Origin: Felis catus
Taxonomy: Eukaryota
Direction: 5' to 3'
Assembly: GCF_018350175.1 (NCBI RefSeq)
Contig: NC_058373.1
Coordinates: forward strand, 112,718,001 to 112,782,000
DNA length: 64,000 nt
Shown: positions 1 to 13,795 of the stretch, one piece after another
Layout of the letters: each line of letters starts with the position of its first letter
Numbering within the stretch: position 1 is the stretch's first letter
Translations under genes and position numbers: made by a program
Notes under the pieces: generated by a model
Told to the model about the DNA's origin: nothing
Seen by the model: only the letters and a program-made list of their open reading frames with translations
Databases searched by the model: none

Positions 1-1483
1 AAAAAAAAGGAAAATACAGCCTACCTTGAAGGTCTTTAAACAGAAGGTACCAGGAAAGGGTACACATGATGGAGCTAACCACCAAGCTGGACAGTGACTC
101 TAAAAGCACTGCTACGGAGATTGACAAATTGTAGCTATGGAAGCCGTAACCCTTCATACATGCCTGCTTTGGGAAAAACTAGCTCCAATTATTATAAATT
201 TGCTCACTGCCTACCCAAAATTAAATCCAAACATCTTCCTATTGATTAGTTTTCTAACTTTTCTGTAAATTTAAACATTTTTTCAATACAAAATTTTAAG
301 TGGTAAAAATAATGATTCAAGGGGCATTGTATACTCACTTATGAATTTCCTTGACATCAAAATACAAGTTTATATGTTTATTCTATTAGTATTCTTACTG
401 GCACTTCAAAAGACCACAGAGTTCAAAAAGAGAAGTGATACTTTGGTTACATGTTCTGAGTTTGATATTGTAACTCCATTTTTTCTTTTACAAGTATTCA
501 CCCAGTCAAATTAATAGACCAGAAAAACAACATAGATTGAAAGAATTAGCACGGTTCCTTAAAAAAACTATGCATTCTCATTACAATTTCCCTTAAAGGG
601 GAAAATTCTGTTGTTTAATAATCGACATTCAAAATTACATAGCATACCTGCAAAAGGTTTGAGATCAACTGGGACTAATTGTTTCCTCCATGCTCTCAGT
701 TGCATAAGACAATAAGAATACAGATTACTCTCTAAAAGTGAAGGAATGTTATTTCCTTTGGAAGTGATTTGGCATTTCTTTTTCTCATTTGTGCTGACTT
801 AACCCACTATAAATTCTGCTTACTCTAGGTGGATCCTCACTACTCCTTGGCAAGCCTTGGGTTCATCTCTTATTGACTCCTTCATACACATTGATGAATT
901 GCAATTTTCAGAGCTTAACCTTTTTTCACCTCCTCCTTTTCCCCATTCTCTTCTCTTGCTTCTTGTTTTATTAAAATAAAGACCATCAAGGCTAAACATC
1001 TGTCCCTCTGCTTAAATTATTTTTTCTGAGTTAATTCTTCATTCTATTCCTTCTGTCTCAAAGAGAGATTATAATTCTTAAAAGTTAGTGGCTGCTTCTA
1101 CTTCTTTATTATTAAGGAAATAATTATTATCAAGACATTATTAAGTATGCAAGTCATTGTGTTCATTCTTTTACTTCTCCCTAACTGTTGACTGTGTAGA
1201 CCAGGTCTTAATTTTGAAATAATCCTTTCGTGGATTTTATTAGTAAAAAATCTATAATTGTACAAGTAATACATGAATACATTCTTATTAAGAATGAAAA
1301 ATGAAAAAAATAAAAATTAAACAGATGATTAACACCCATTTGAACTATCCCCTCATCTTTTTATTTGCTTTCACGCTGCCCCAGAAGTAATCACTTTTTT
1401 TAAAAATCAGAGGGTTACCTTTCAAAACTTTTTTATATTTTTCTATACAAACATAGTAAATATAATCCTAGTAGTTTCTAAGT

Positions 1484-1484
<1 letters not shown>

Positions 1485-1521
<37 letters not shown>
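1485..1521. repeat. (GT)n microsatellite
   Basis: Uninterrupted GT run. Confidence 0.95.
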
Positions 1522-1524
<3 letters not shown>

Positions 1525-1544
1525 AATTAACAAAGGAAGAGAGA

Positions 1545-2003
1545 AACTTGACAAACTGCTTCTAAAATACATATAGAATAAATGCAAAGGCCAAAAATAA
1601 CCAAGATACTCTTGAATAAGGAAAAGAACCAAGTGGAAAGTCCTGCCTTACTAATATCAAGATTTAAAATGATGTAATTAAAGTACTGCATCATTGGTGT
1701 AAAATTTAACAGACCATTGGAACAGAATTTAAGCCCCCCCCAAACACCAACACACATATGGGCACATATGATAGTTTGTACTACATACTAGTGGAAAAAG
1801 TCTTTTTTCAATAAATGATGCTGTCACAATAGGCTGTCCGTGTCAAAAAAAAAAAAAAATGTTGTTCACCTATCTCATAAAGTATACAAAAATCAATCTA
1901 AGATTACTGGAGACCTAAATATGAAAGGCAAAACTATAAAACTTGTAGAATGTTATAGGACAACACTTTTTTTTATGCTGGATTAGGGAAGGATTCCTTT
2001 TAA
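1545..2003 (+). mobile_element. Old L1 (L1M-type) late-ORF2 fragment, left part
   Basis: Decayed ORF2 3' motifs (aaactgcttctaaaatac, agaccattggaacagaat, ttttcaataaatgatgctg, gacctaaatatgaaaggcaaaactataaaactt). Continues after 8527. Confidence 0.75.
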
Positions 2004-2888
2004 AAATACTTGAAATAAAATTCACATAACATAAAATTCACCATTTTGACCATTTGAAAGTGTATAGTTCACTGGCTTTTAGTACATCCACAGTGTTGTG
2101 CAACCATCAGCTCTATTTAATTCGAGGATATTTTATCACTTCCCCCCCATAAATCCCATACCAATTAAGCAGTCACTCCCCATAACTTCTTTCCCCACCT
2201 CTGGCAACTACTAATTTGCTTTCTGTCTCTGTGGGTTTGACTACTCTGGACATTACATACAAACGGAATCATATAATATGTGGCTTTTTATGTCTGGCTG
2301 GTTTTGCTTAACATGTTTTCAACCTTCATCTATGTTGTCGCATATATCAGCACTCCTTTTTATGGCTGCACAATATTCCATTATGTAGATATACTACATG
2401 TTATTTAGCCATTGATCAATTGATGGACATTTGGGTTGGTTCCACCTTTTGGTTATTAAAATAATGTTGGTATGAACATACGTGTACAAGTTTTTGTTTG
2501 AACACCACTTTTCAATTCTCTTGCATGTACACCTAGGAATAGAATTGTTGAGTCATGCAATAATTCTGTTCAACTTTTTGAGGAACCACACAAACTGTTG
2601 TCTACTGAGATCTATCATTTTACATACCCAGCAGTGGTGGATGAGGTTTCTAGTTGTTCTACATGCTCAACAATGTTTGTTATTTTCCTTAAAGAAAAAA
2701 AAAAAAAAAAAAACTATAGCCATTGAGTGGGTGTGAAGTGATATTTCATTGTGGTTTTGATTTGCATTTCTCTAATGACTAATGATGATGAGCACCTTTT
2801 ATTGTTGTTTATTGGCCATTTGTATATCTTTTTAGAAGACTGGTCTATTCAAGTCTTTTGCCTCTTTTAAAAAATGAGGTTGTTTTTA

Positions 2889-3065
2889 GAGACATCTGGG
2901 TGGCTCAGTCCATTAAGCTTCTGACTCCATGATCCGCGGTTTGTGTGTTTGAACTCCCCCGTGGGGCTCTGCACTGATGGTGTGGATCCTGCTTGAGATT
3001 CTGTCTTTCCCTCTCTCTGCCCCTCCCTATTCATGCTCTCTGTCTCAAAATAAATAAATAAAAAC
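2889..3065 (+). mobile_element. Can-SINE (SINEC)
   Basis: ctgggtggctcagt head, CT tract and A tail; 21-bp TSD taaaaaatgaggttgttttta (2868-2888 / 3066-3086). Confidence 0.93.
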
Positions 3066-5398
3066 TAAAAAATGAGGTTGTTTTTAAATGGATTGTCTTC
3101 TGTTGTTGAGTTGTAAGTGTTCTTTGCATATTTTGGGTACTAGACCGTTAGCAGATAGATCATTTGCAAATCTTTCCTCCCATTCTATAGATCATCTTTT
3201 CTACTTTTATCAGTAATGCCCTTTTATACAAAGAAGTTTTTAATTTTGATGAAATCTTTTGTAAATTTTCTTTGTTTCCAATACTTTTGATAGCATATCT
3301 AAGGATCTATTACCAAATACAAGGTAATGAATACTTATTCCTATGTTTTCTTCTAAGCATGTTTGTCATTTTAGCTCTTATATTTAGGGCTTTCATTGAT
3401 TTTGAAATAATTTTTGTATGTGGTATGAGATAAGGATCCAACTTCATTTTTTTGAATGTGGATATCCAGTTGTTCTGACACAATTTATTGAAAAAACTAT
3501 TCTTTCTATTAACCTTAAATGTAACAGGGTTTCTTTCTGAACTCTCAATTCTATGCCATTGATTTATATGTTTATCCTTATGCAGGATTACACTGTTTTG
3601 AATACTGTACCTTATAAGTAAGTTTTCAAATGAGAAAGTGTGCATCCTCCAACTTTCTTTTTCAAGATTATTTTGGCTACAGGGAGACCTTAAGTTTCCA
3701 TATGAATTTTGAGATGGGTTTTTCTATTTTTGCAAAAAAAAAAAAATCTTTTGGGATTTTGTAGGGTTCACATTGAATCTGGGGATCCCTTAAGGTAATA
3801 TTGCCATGTTTACAATATACATCTTTCCATTTTTTTGTGTCTTTTTTTTTTGTAATTTTCAGTGTACAAGTCCTGCACCTCCTTAATTAAATTTATTCCT
3901 TAATTTTTTATTCCCTTTGATGCTGTTGTAAATGAGATTCTTTTATTGAAATTAAAAAAAATTTTTCAGTATTAGTGTACAAAAATACAACCAATTTTTG
4001 TGAGTTCCTCATGTATCCTGCAACTTTGCTGAATTTATTGGCTTTAATAGTTCTTTCTGTGGGTTAAAGGATTTTGTATGTATAACATTATGCCCTCTAT
4101 GAAGAAGTTTTATTTCTTCTTCCCAATTTGGATAGCTTTTATTTCTTTTCTTGTCTAATTTCCCTGGCTAGAACTTCCAGTACAATGTTGAAAAGAAGTG
4201 GTGAATGAAGACATCCTTCATCTTGATCTTAGGAGGAAGCTTTCAGTCTTTTATCTAAAAGTAGGATATTAACTATGGGTTTTTCATAGATGCCCTTTGT
4301 CAGATTGGGGAAGTTGCCTTCTATTTATATCTATTTTTCTGAATGTTTTTATCATGAAAGGGTGTTCAGTTTTGTCAAATGCTTTCTCTACATCAATTGA
4401 GATTATCTTGTGGATTTTTTTCCTTATTCTATTAATGTGTTGTAGTATACTGATTATTTTTCTAATGTTGAACCACACTTGCACTTATGGAATAAATCCC
4501 ACTTGGTCATGGTATGTAACCATTTTAATATGCTGTTGGATTCAGTTTCTAGTGTCTTATTTAAGAGTTTGCATCTATATTCATAAAGAATATTGGTCTA
4601 TAGTATTATTTTCCTGTGATGTCTTCATTTGTCTTTGATATCAAGGTAATTGTGGCCCTGTGAAATGATTTGAGAAGTGTTTCCTCCTCTTCAGTTTTGT
4701 GGAAGAGTTTGTAAAGAATTTGTGTTAATTAGTTTTTAAACATTTGATAAAACTCTTTAGTAAGGCCATCTCGCCCTGAGTTTTTCCTTATTGGAAGTTT
4801 TTTTTTTATTATTAACTCATACTTATTATATGTCTACTCCAGATTTTCTACTTCTTGTATCAGTTTTCATAATTTCTATGTTTCTAAGATTTTTTTCATT
4901 TCATCTAGGTTATCTAATTGTTGGCATACAATTATTTATAGTATTATAATTCTTTTTATTTCCTTGTGATTAATAGTAATGTCCCCACTTCATTCCTGCT
5001 TTTAGTAATATGAATTTTCTTTTTTTTTTTCTCAGTCTAGATTAAAATTTGTCAATTCTGTTGTTCTTTCCAAAGAACGAACTTTGGTTTTGTTGATTAT
5101 TTCACTGTCTTTTTGTTCTCTATTTTATTTATCTTTACTATACTTATTATTAGTTCTTCTCTTCGCTTTAGGTTTAGTTTGCTCTCTTTTTAGTTCTTTA
5201 AGGTGTAAGGTTAGAGTATTGATTTGAAATCTTTATTTTTAAAGTAGATGTTTACAACTATAAATTTCTCTCTGAGCACTACTGTTGCTGTACTCGTAAG
5301 TTTTGGTATGTTGTGTCTTCATTTTCATTTATGTGAAAATATTGTAATTTCCTTTGTGATTTTTTTCCTCAACTCATAGTTAAGAATGTGTTTAAATT

Positions 5399-5680
5399 GG
5401 GGGCACCTGGGTGGCTCAGTTGGTTAAGCGTCCCTCTTTTGGTTTCTGCTCAGGTCATGATCTCTCAGTTTGTAAGTTCGAGTACCCCATCGGGCTCTGT
5501 GCTGACAGTGCAGAGCCTGCTTGGGATTCTCTGTCTCTCTGTCTCTCTCTCCCCCTCTCCCCCCACCCCACTCTCTCCTCCCACCCTACTCTCTCCCCCT
5601 CCCCCCCCCACTCTCTCCCCCTCCCCCTGTTATGCACAGTCTCCCGCTCCCTCTCAAAGTAAATAAATAAACTTAAAAAA
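5399..5680 (+). mobile_element. Can-SINE with expanded C-rich tract
   Basis: ggggcacctgggtggctcagttggttaag head, CT/C-rich region and A tail. Confidence 0.93.
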
Positions 5681-6519
5681 AGAATGTTTAATTTCCACAT
5701 ATTTGTAAATTTCCCAATTTATTTCTATATTGGTTTCTACTTACTTTTCATTATGGTTAGAGAAGATACATTGTATCATTTCAGTATTTAGTGAGACATA
5801 TTTTGTGGCTTAACATTTAGTCTACTTGGAAAATGTTCCTTGTTCACTTGAGAAAAAATGTGTATTTTACTGTTATCAGGTAGATTTTTTCCTCTGTATT
5901 GTTGCTGATTTATAACGTTGGTCAAATCTGTTTTACTTGTTGCATCTTCTGACAAGTTGTTCTAACCATTTATTGAAAGTGGAACATTGAAGTCTCTCAG
6001 TATTATTGTTAAACTTTTTCACCAATACTATTAGTTTTTGCTTCATATACTTTGGGGCTCTCATTAGGTGTGGATATGTTTATAATTCTTACATTTTATG
6101 ATGGATTGACCTTTTTTATCATTATTTCACGTTTTTGTCTCTTGTAACAGTTTTTATCTTAAAGTCCATTTTGTCTGATATTATAGCCATTCTAGCTGTC
6201 TTCTTTTTTTTTTTTTTTTTTTTCATTCTAGCTCTCTTTTGGTTACCATTTGCATAAGATAAATTTTCCCATTCTTTTACCATCAACCTATTTGTGTCTT
6301 TGGATCTAAAATATGTACTGTACTTAGATAATGTTTTTTTAATCCATTCTGTTAGTCTCTACCTTTTATTTTGGGTAGTTTAATCCACTTACACTTAACA
6401 TAATTACTGATAAGGTAAGGTGTTTTTTTTTTCCAGTTTGTTGTTTTCTATATATCTTACTATTTTTATGCCTCATTTTTTTCATTACTTCCTTCATTTT
6501 TGAATAATGGTATTTTCTA

Positions 6520-6747
6520 GGGGCACCTGGGTGGCTCAGTTGGTCAAGCGTCCAGCTTCAGCTCAGGTCATGATCTCACAGTTCATGAGTTCAATACCCA
6601 CATCAGGCTCTGTGCTGACAGCTCATAGTCTGGAGCCTGCTTCAGATTCTGTGTCTCCTTCTGTCTGCCTTTCCCTCACTCTCTCTCTCTGTCTCTCTCT
6701 CTCTGTCTGTCTCTCTCTCTCTGTCTCAAAAATAAACATTAAAAACA
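6520..6747 (+). mobile_element. Can-SINE (SINEC_Fc-like)
   Basis: Canonical head, tggagcctgcttcagattctgtgtct, (CT)n, aaaataaacattaaaa. Confidence 0.93.
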
Positions 6748-8526
6748 AGTTACTGGATATTTTCTAGTGTGTCATTTTGATTTTTCTCTCATTTCTTTTG
6801 GCAAATATTCTTTTAGTTATCTTTTTAGTGGTTGCTCTGGGGGTTAAATTAACATCTTACTTTGTAACAGTCTAATTTGAATTAATACCAAATGAGCTTA
6901 AATATTATGCAAAAACTTTGTCCTATCTCCCTTACTTATGTTATTTTCACAAAATATATATTTATACCTTGTGTGTACACCAACACAAATTTATAATTAT
7001 TGTCTTATATAGTTTTATTTGTAAATGGTATTAGATTTACCAAAATATGTATTAATACTTTTATGTCTACCTTGTAGAGTACCAGTTTATTTATTTCTCC
7101 ATGTGAATCCCAAGTTACTATCTAATGTACTTTCATTTCAGCCTGAAGGACTCCTTTTAGCATTTCTTGTAGGGAAGCTCTACTAGTATTGAACTCTGTT
7201 TTTGTTTATCTGAGAATATTTTGATTTCCTTTTCATTTTGAATTATATTTTTGCCAGATATAAAATTTCTTGTTGACCATTTTCTTTCAGCATTTTGAAT
7301 ATGTTAATTTGCTGCCTATTGACCCTTATTGTTTTTGCTGAGAAATCAGCTGTTAATCTTTTGGGGGATCTCTCATATGAATTGCCTCTCTCTTGCTGCT
7401 TTCAAAATTCTTTATCTTTTACTTTCAACAATTTGTTATGTGTCTTGGTATAATCTCTTTAACTTGGAATTGTTGAACGTCCTGGGTATATAGATTTGTG
7501 TCTTTCATCACATTTGGAAAGTTTTCAGTCATTACTTCCTCCAGTATTTTCTCTACCTCTTTCTCTCTTCTTCTGGGACTCCCATTACGCATATCATTGC
7601 TCTTTGTCATAATTATAGGTTTTGGTTTGTTGATTAACTTTTCTTGTCAAGTTTTATTATTTATTGTGTGTGGTTACTGAAGTCTCTGTTCCATTAGCTT
7701 TTTGATCAGCTAGTGATTCAACAGAGATTTCCTTAAATGTCTGGGATAAATATATACTGAAAAAGAAAAATCTCTCATTCTTTGCATTTGGACTCTGTAT
7801 ATGTGTCAGGGCATGCCTTCAGCACTCAGCCAGTTTACAATTTTGACTTAGCCTTCATTTCCTGCTTGTGCAGAGTCTGAAGTTTGACAAGAGGTGAAAT
7901 ATTAGGTGAAGTCTTCTGAGGATGTGGCCAACCCTGGGCATAAATATGACCTCTAGATTCCCAGGAATATGTGGGAGTTTTTCAAAGTCCTTATGCCTGA
8001 AAGCGTTTCATTACATTGCCTTTCCTCCCAAGTTTTTGTTAGTCTATTCTTTGTCCCAACTGTTATCCCTTGCCCAGACAGCAGTAGTTAATATATTTGT
8101 CTTTACATTTTTGGGCAGTACCACCAGCTGGTTAGCTGTAGGAGCCCTGGGAGAGTTTGAGGTTAGGAGGAATAAAAACAAGCCCTAAATGCCCTTCAGT
8201 GAACTAACTGACATGTTGAAACAAAGAACTGTAATTCTTAAGAATAAGGTTTATTCTCCCTCCAGTACAAAGAACCTTATGAGGAATGTGAGCTGTGTCT
8301 TCAAGTCTACCACTGAGCTGTTTAGTGGAGGAATTGGTTTTTTGTTGTTGTTGTTGTTGTTGTTGTTTTATTTTTGATTTTTTTCTTGATTAAGTATTCA
8401 CCTGGTTGCTATAAACTTTTAGTTTTTAGATTTGGGGTAAAGTTGATTCTGACAGTTTTTGCCAGTTTATTCCTCTCTTTCATGGTGTGATAGAATTTTC
8501 ACATTTCCTACTCTGCCATTTCCACT

Positions 8527-9200
8527 GGATTCCTTTTAAGACACAAAGACCACTAACTATAAAGGAAACTATTGGTATATTTGGCTAAATTAAAATATTC
8601 TATTAATCATAAGACATGATTGAGTAAGACAACAAGCTATAAAATAGAAATAGATGTTTTCAGCATACAAAACTGATAAAGAACTAGTTATCCAGAATAA
8701 ATACAGACATCTAACAATTTATTTAAAAAGGACAACCCAATAAGGGAATATTTGAGCAAAAGATTTGAAGAGGGTCTTTACCAAAAAGAACATCTAAATG
8801 CCTGATAAGCATGTAAAATAATGCTTTTTCTCATTAATAGGGAAAGGAAAATCAAGCCCTGAAAAACATATTATTACTACTACCAGATTTGAAAAAAAAA
8901 ATTGCTAGTATGGACAATACTAGGTAGAGATAAGTTGTGGAGTAGGAGGAACTATCACCATTTTCTTTTGATAGACATATAAATTGCCTTAACCAATTTG
9001 GAAGTTTGTAAAAGAGGGTATGCCTACCCTAAAGCCAGCAATTCTGTTTCTAAGTGTGTGTGTGTTTGAGTGTGTATCCTAAAATTAATATATGTAGAAA
9101 CCATGATACATGCTAGAATATTCAAAGTAGCATTGTTCATAGTGTCTTCAAAACGGAGATAGTACAAATGCCCGTCAACTGAGTAATCCATATTCACTGC
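8527..9200 (+). mobile_element. Old L1 late-ORF2 fragment, right part (continuation of 1545-2003)
   Basis: gaactagttatccagaata, gcaaaagatttgaagagg, ccagcaattctgtttctaagt, gtagcattgttcatagt: decayed ORF2 C-terminal motifs, colinear with the left part. Confidence 0.75.
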
Positions 9201-9308
9201 CTCCTTTTCCTTACCTCCAGTTTTTGTTTTTGTTTTTGTTTTTGTTTTTGTTTTACCTCTTATAATTGGGTACCTGTCTTCATCAAATAATGAAATAGCT
9301 ATCCCTCA

Positions 9309-9473
9309 GGGCGTTTGGGTGGCATGGTCAGTTAAGCATCCGATTCTTGATTTCAGCTTGAGTCATGATCTCATGGTTGGTTTGAGCCTGTCATTAGGCT
9401 CTGAACTGACAGCATGGAGCCTGCTTGGGATTCTCTCTTACCCTCTCTCTCTCTGCCCCTCTCCCCATCAGGT

Positions 9474-9516
<43 letters not shown>

Positions 9517-9600
9517 GTCTCTCTGTCTGTCTGTCTCTCTGTCTCTTTCTCTCTGTCCATCTCTCTCTCAAAATAAATAAACTTAAAAAAAAAAAGAAAG
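9309..9600 (+). mobile_element. Can-SINE
   Basis: SINEC head, long (CT)n and A tail. Confidence 0.92.
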
Positions 9601-10030
9601 AAAGAACTGCCTCTCAGACAACTAATAACTACTCCTGCAAAGAATTTCGAAGTTTATCTTTTGCCTAAGTTTCTTTTGAGATAGGTGGAAAATTTATTTC
9701 TAGGCTACATAATGAAATTGTGAGTTTATGGTTGCCAGTTATAACTGGATCCACGTTATTGGTAATTGCTTTCCCAAATCCTTAGTTATCCTCCCTGCTA
9801 ATTCATCAACATATATATCCAGATATTTATGAAAGTTATCTTTGCCACGTATATTTCCCCATTTTTCTCATTAATGGATTTTCACTTCAACCATGAAAGG
9901 AAAAAATAATAGTGAATGTGTCTCCTCTTTTCTTTCAAATTACCCCACTTTATCATCCCACTTGCTTCCTCAACTCACTTCTACTCTTTTTACTCTACTG
10001 GTAACTTCTTTAATTGCTGGATCTAATGAC

Positions 10031-10448
10031 ATTTTTTAAAGTTTTTATTTAAATTCCAGTTACCTAACATACAGTGTGATATTAGTTTCAGGTGTGTAGG
10101 TAGTGATTCAATACTTCCATACAACATCCAGTGCTCATCACAGCAAGTGCACCCCTTAATCTCCATCATGTATTTTACTCATCCCCACACCCAATTCCCC
10201 TCTGGTAACAATCAGTTTGTTCTCTATAGTTAAGAGTCTGTTTCTTGGTTTGCCTCTCTTTCTTTTTTTTTTTTCTTTTTTTCCCATTTACTCATTTATT
10301 TTGTTTGTTTCTTAAATTCCACATATGAATGAAATCATATGGGATTTGCCTTTCTCTGACTGATTTATTTCGCTTAGCATAATACTCCCTAGCTCCATCT
10401 ACATCATTAGAAATGGCAAGATTTAATTCTTTTTTATGTATGTAAATG

Positions 10449-10502
<54 letters not shown>

Positions 10503-11857
10503 TATATACCACATCTTTTTTATCCATTCATCAGTTGATGGACACTTGGGCTGTTTCCATAGTTTGGCTGTTGTAGGTAATGCTGCTGTAAACATCAGGG
10601 TTCATGTGTCCTTTTGAATTAGTATTTTTGTATTCTTTGGGTAAATATCTAGTAGTGAAATCACTGGATGGTAGGGTAGTTCTATTTTTAACTTTTTGAG
10701 GAACCTCCATACTTTGCCAGAGTGGCTGCACCAGTTTGCATTCCCACCGACAGTGCAAGAGGGTTCCTTTCTCCATATCCTTACCCAACACCATTGTTTC
10801 TTGTGTTAGTGATTTTAACCATTCTGACAGGTATGAGGTAATATTTCACTGTAGTTTTGATTTGCATTTCCCTGATGATCAGTGATGTTGAGCATCTTTT
10901 CATGTGTCTATTGGCCATCTGTATGTCTTTTTTGAGAAGATGTCTTTTCATGTCTTCTGCCCATTTTTTAATTGGATTATTTACTTTTTGGGTATTAAGT
11001 TTTATAATTCTTTATACATTTTGGATACTAACCCTTTATTGGATATTTAATTTATAAATATCATGTCCTATTCTGTCAGTTGCCTTTTAGTTTTGCTGTA
11101 GTCCCAGTAGTTTATTTTTGTTTTTGTTTCCCTTGCTTCAGGAGATATATCTACAAAGAAGTTGCTACAGCCCATGTCAAAGAGGACACTGCCTGTGTCC
11201 TCTTCTAGGATTTTTATGATTTCAAGTCTCATTGAATATTCTTTTCTGCTTTGTAAAAGATTAATCGACCATATAATTGTGGGTTCATTTTTGGGTTTTC
11301 TGTTCTGTTCTACTGATTTATTTGTCTATTTTTGTGCCAGTACCATACATTTTGCTCACTACAGCTTTGTAATATAACTTGAAGTCTGGAATTGTGATAC
11401 CTCCAGCTTTGTTTTCCTTTTTCAAGGTTGCTTTTTGGCTATCCGGGATCTTTTATGATTCCATACCAATTTTAGGATTGTTTTTTCTAGCTGTGTGAAA
11501 AATGCTGGTGATATTTTGATAGGGATTGCATTAAACATGTAGATTGCTTTGGATAGTAGAGACGTTTTAACAATATTTGTTCTTCCATTTCATGAGGATG
11601 GACTGTTTTTCCATTTCTTGGTGTCATCTCCAGTTTCTTTCATCAGTGTTTTATATTTCACATCTTCAGGTTAAGCTTATTCCTAGGTATCTTATTGTTT
11701 TTGGTGCCATTGTAAATTTAATTGATTACTTGTTTCTTTCTCTACTGCTTCATTATGTGTATATAGAAATGCATCAGATTTCTGTAGACTGATTTTTATC
11801 CTGAACCTTTATTAAATTCATTTATAAGTTCTCACAGTTTTTTGGTGGAGTCTTTCA
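10031..11857 (-). mobile_element. 5'-truncated carnivore L1 (ORF2 3' part and 3' UTR) with internal (CA)n at about 10452-10499
   Basis: Minus-strand ORF remnant [14 protein letters not shown] (ORF2p C-terminus) and L1 3'UTR-like end at about 10031. Confidence 0.9.
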
Positions 11858-12327
11858 GGCTCTCAGTGGCTTTTTTCCAACTCTCATCCTACTCATAATA
11901 GTTGATATCTTTTAACATCTCCTTGAAAGTTTCTTCTCTCTTCCCTTCCCTTATGTTCACACTGTCTTGATTTTCCTTTTAAGTGTCTAATAATTTCTTA
12001 AAGATTTGAAAACCAAATAATTTCTCTTCCAAACTGAAATACTTTTGAAAATGAAAAATTTGGTATTTAATATTGAGCCAGTTTGATAGATACAAATCCA
12101 GATTGCTCAAGGAAAAATAGGATGTACTATTATTTCATTTACATATTCTTTTTTTTTCCTCCTCAATTTTTTCTTCTGTTATCCATCTTCTGAGTTCCAT
12201 AATATGGATCTTACCTAGAATTATCAGCCATCATCTTTTGTTCTTTTACATACTGTCCTTGGATGATCTGAAACATTTGCATGGCTGAAACTACCACCTC
12301 CATTGATAATTACCAAAGTATATATCT

Positions 12328-12538
12328 TTTTTTATGTTTATTTATTTTTGAGAGAGAGACAGAATACAAGTTGGGGGCGGGGGGCGGGCAGAGAGAGAGG
12401 GAGACACAGAATCTGAAGCAGGCTCCAGGCTCCAAGCTGTCAGCACAGAGTCCAACATGGGGCTCGAACTCACAAACCATGACATTATGACCTGAGCCAA
12501 AATCAGATGTTTAACTGACTGAGCCACCCAGGTGCCCC
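12328..12538 (-). mobile_element. Can-SINE (SINEC_Fc-like)
   Basis: Reverse head actgagccacccaggtgcccc; TSD ccaaagtatatatct (12313-12327 / 12541-12555). Confidence 0.94.
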
Positions 12539-12594
12539 TCCCAAAGTATATATCTAATCCTTAACTTTTTCCTGAGCTCTAGACTCATATTTCT

Positions 12595-13305
12595 TTTTTT
12601 TTTATTTTTTATTTTTTTAAATTTACAACCAAATTAGTTAGCATATAGTGAAACAATGATTTCAGGAGTAGATTCCTTAAAGCCCTTTACCCATTTAGCC
12701 CATCACCCCTCCCACAACTCCTCCAATAACCCTCAGTTCTCCGTATTTATGAGTCTCTTCTGTTTTGTTCCCCTCCCTGTTTTTATATTATTTTTGTTTC
12801 CCTTCCCTTATGTTCATCTGTTTTGTCTCTTAAAGTCCTCATATGAGTGAAGTCATATGATTTTTATCTTTCTCTGACAAATTTCACTTAGCAAAATACC
12901 CTCCAGTTCCATCCACGTAGTTGCAAATGGCAAGATTTCATTCTTTTTGATCGCCGAGTAATACTCCATTGTATGTATTTACCACATCTTCTGTATCCAT
13001 TCATCCATCGATGGGTATTTGGGCTCTTTCCATGCTTTGGCTATTGTTGATAGTGCTGCTATAAACGTGGGGGTGCATGTGTCCCTTCGAAACAGCACAC
13101 CTGTATCTCTTGGATAAATACCTAGTAGTGTAATTCCTGGGTCATAGGGTAGTTCTATTTTTAGTTTTCTGAGGAACCTCCACACTGTTTTCCAGAGTGG
13201 CTGCACCAGCTTGCATTGCCACCAACAATGCAAAAGAGATCCTCTTTCTCCGCATCCTCGCCAACATCTGTTGTTGCCTGAGTTTTTAATGTTAGCCATT
13301 CCAGT
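12595..13305 (-). mobile_element. Young 5'-truncated felid-type L1 (about 710 bp)
   Basis: Poly-T tail, open ORF2p C-terminus (12979-13299, [32 protein letters not shown]) and TSD tcatatttct (12585-12594 / 13306-13315). Confidence 0.93.
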
Positions 13306-13795
13306 TCATATTTCTAATAGCTCATTGGGTATCTCCAGACTATTAACCCCAAAGTATATCCTTCAAATTTAAACATGTCTTTTCCCTGAAATATCCTGCT
13401 GTTCTGTTTACATTCATACAAACACACACATACATAGAGAGATGTGTAGTATATGTATACTTGTGTGTGTGAGTCTGGCAATCTATATATCATACATATA
13501 TCCTACTTTGAGCATATGCTTTCTTAGGTATTGGGCATACAATAGTAGCAAAAGCACAGTTTCATCATGACAGTGCATTCTAGTATGTGAGATAGACATC
13601 TAAATGTAGTATACATATAAATATAGTATAAATGTGGAAATTGCTATGAAGTAGAGAAACATGGTGTCTAGTGAAGTACAATAGGAGCCTTCTTTGACTT
13701 TCTATCCAATACTTGGCCTTTTTTGTTAGACATAAGTGGCACATATAGCTCTTTTAAACCAGACTATCCACCATTTCTTTAAAATATTTATCACA

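Larger units (their letters stand above)
2004..8526 (-). mobile_element. Near full-length degraded L1 (L1MB-like), about 6.5 kb including three nested SINEs
   Basis: L1MB-like 3' end near 2004. ORF2 remnants (3310-3645 KLDPYLIPHTKI; 4284-4484 [19 protein letters not shown] region) and an ORF1 remnant (7425-7610 EKILEEVMTENFPN). 5'-end-like aaatggcagagtagga on the minus strand near 8520. Flanking direct repeat GGATTCCTTTTAA. Confidence 0.88.
11860..13400 (+). mobile_element. Fragmented old L2, interrupted by a SINE and a young L1
   Basis: L2-like pieces ctctcatcctactc..tccttgaaag, taccaaagtatatatct..cctgagctctagactcatatttct..gtatctcca resume across the insertions. Highly decayed. Confidence 0.5.

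Noticed and set aside
5388..5700. Overlapping ORFs with an SAQVMIS motif (also near 6507, 9319, 12342, 13807, 48344, 48933)
   Set aside because: Translations of Can-SINE consensus.
12979..13299. Clean 106-aa minus-strand ORF
   Set aside because: C-terminus of L1 ORF2p in a truncated element, not a host gene.
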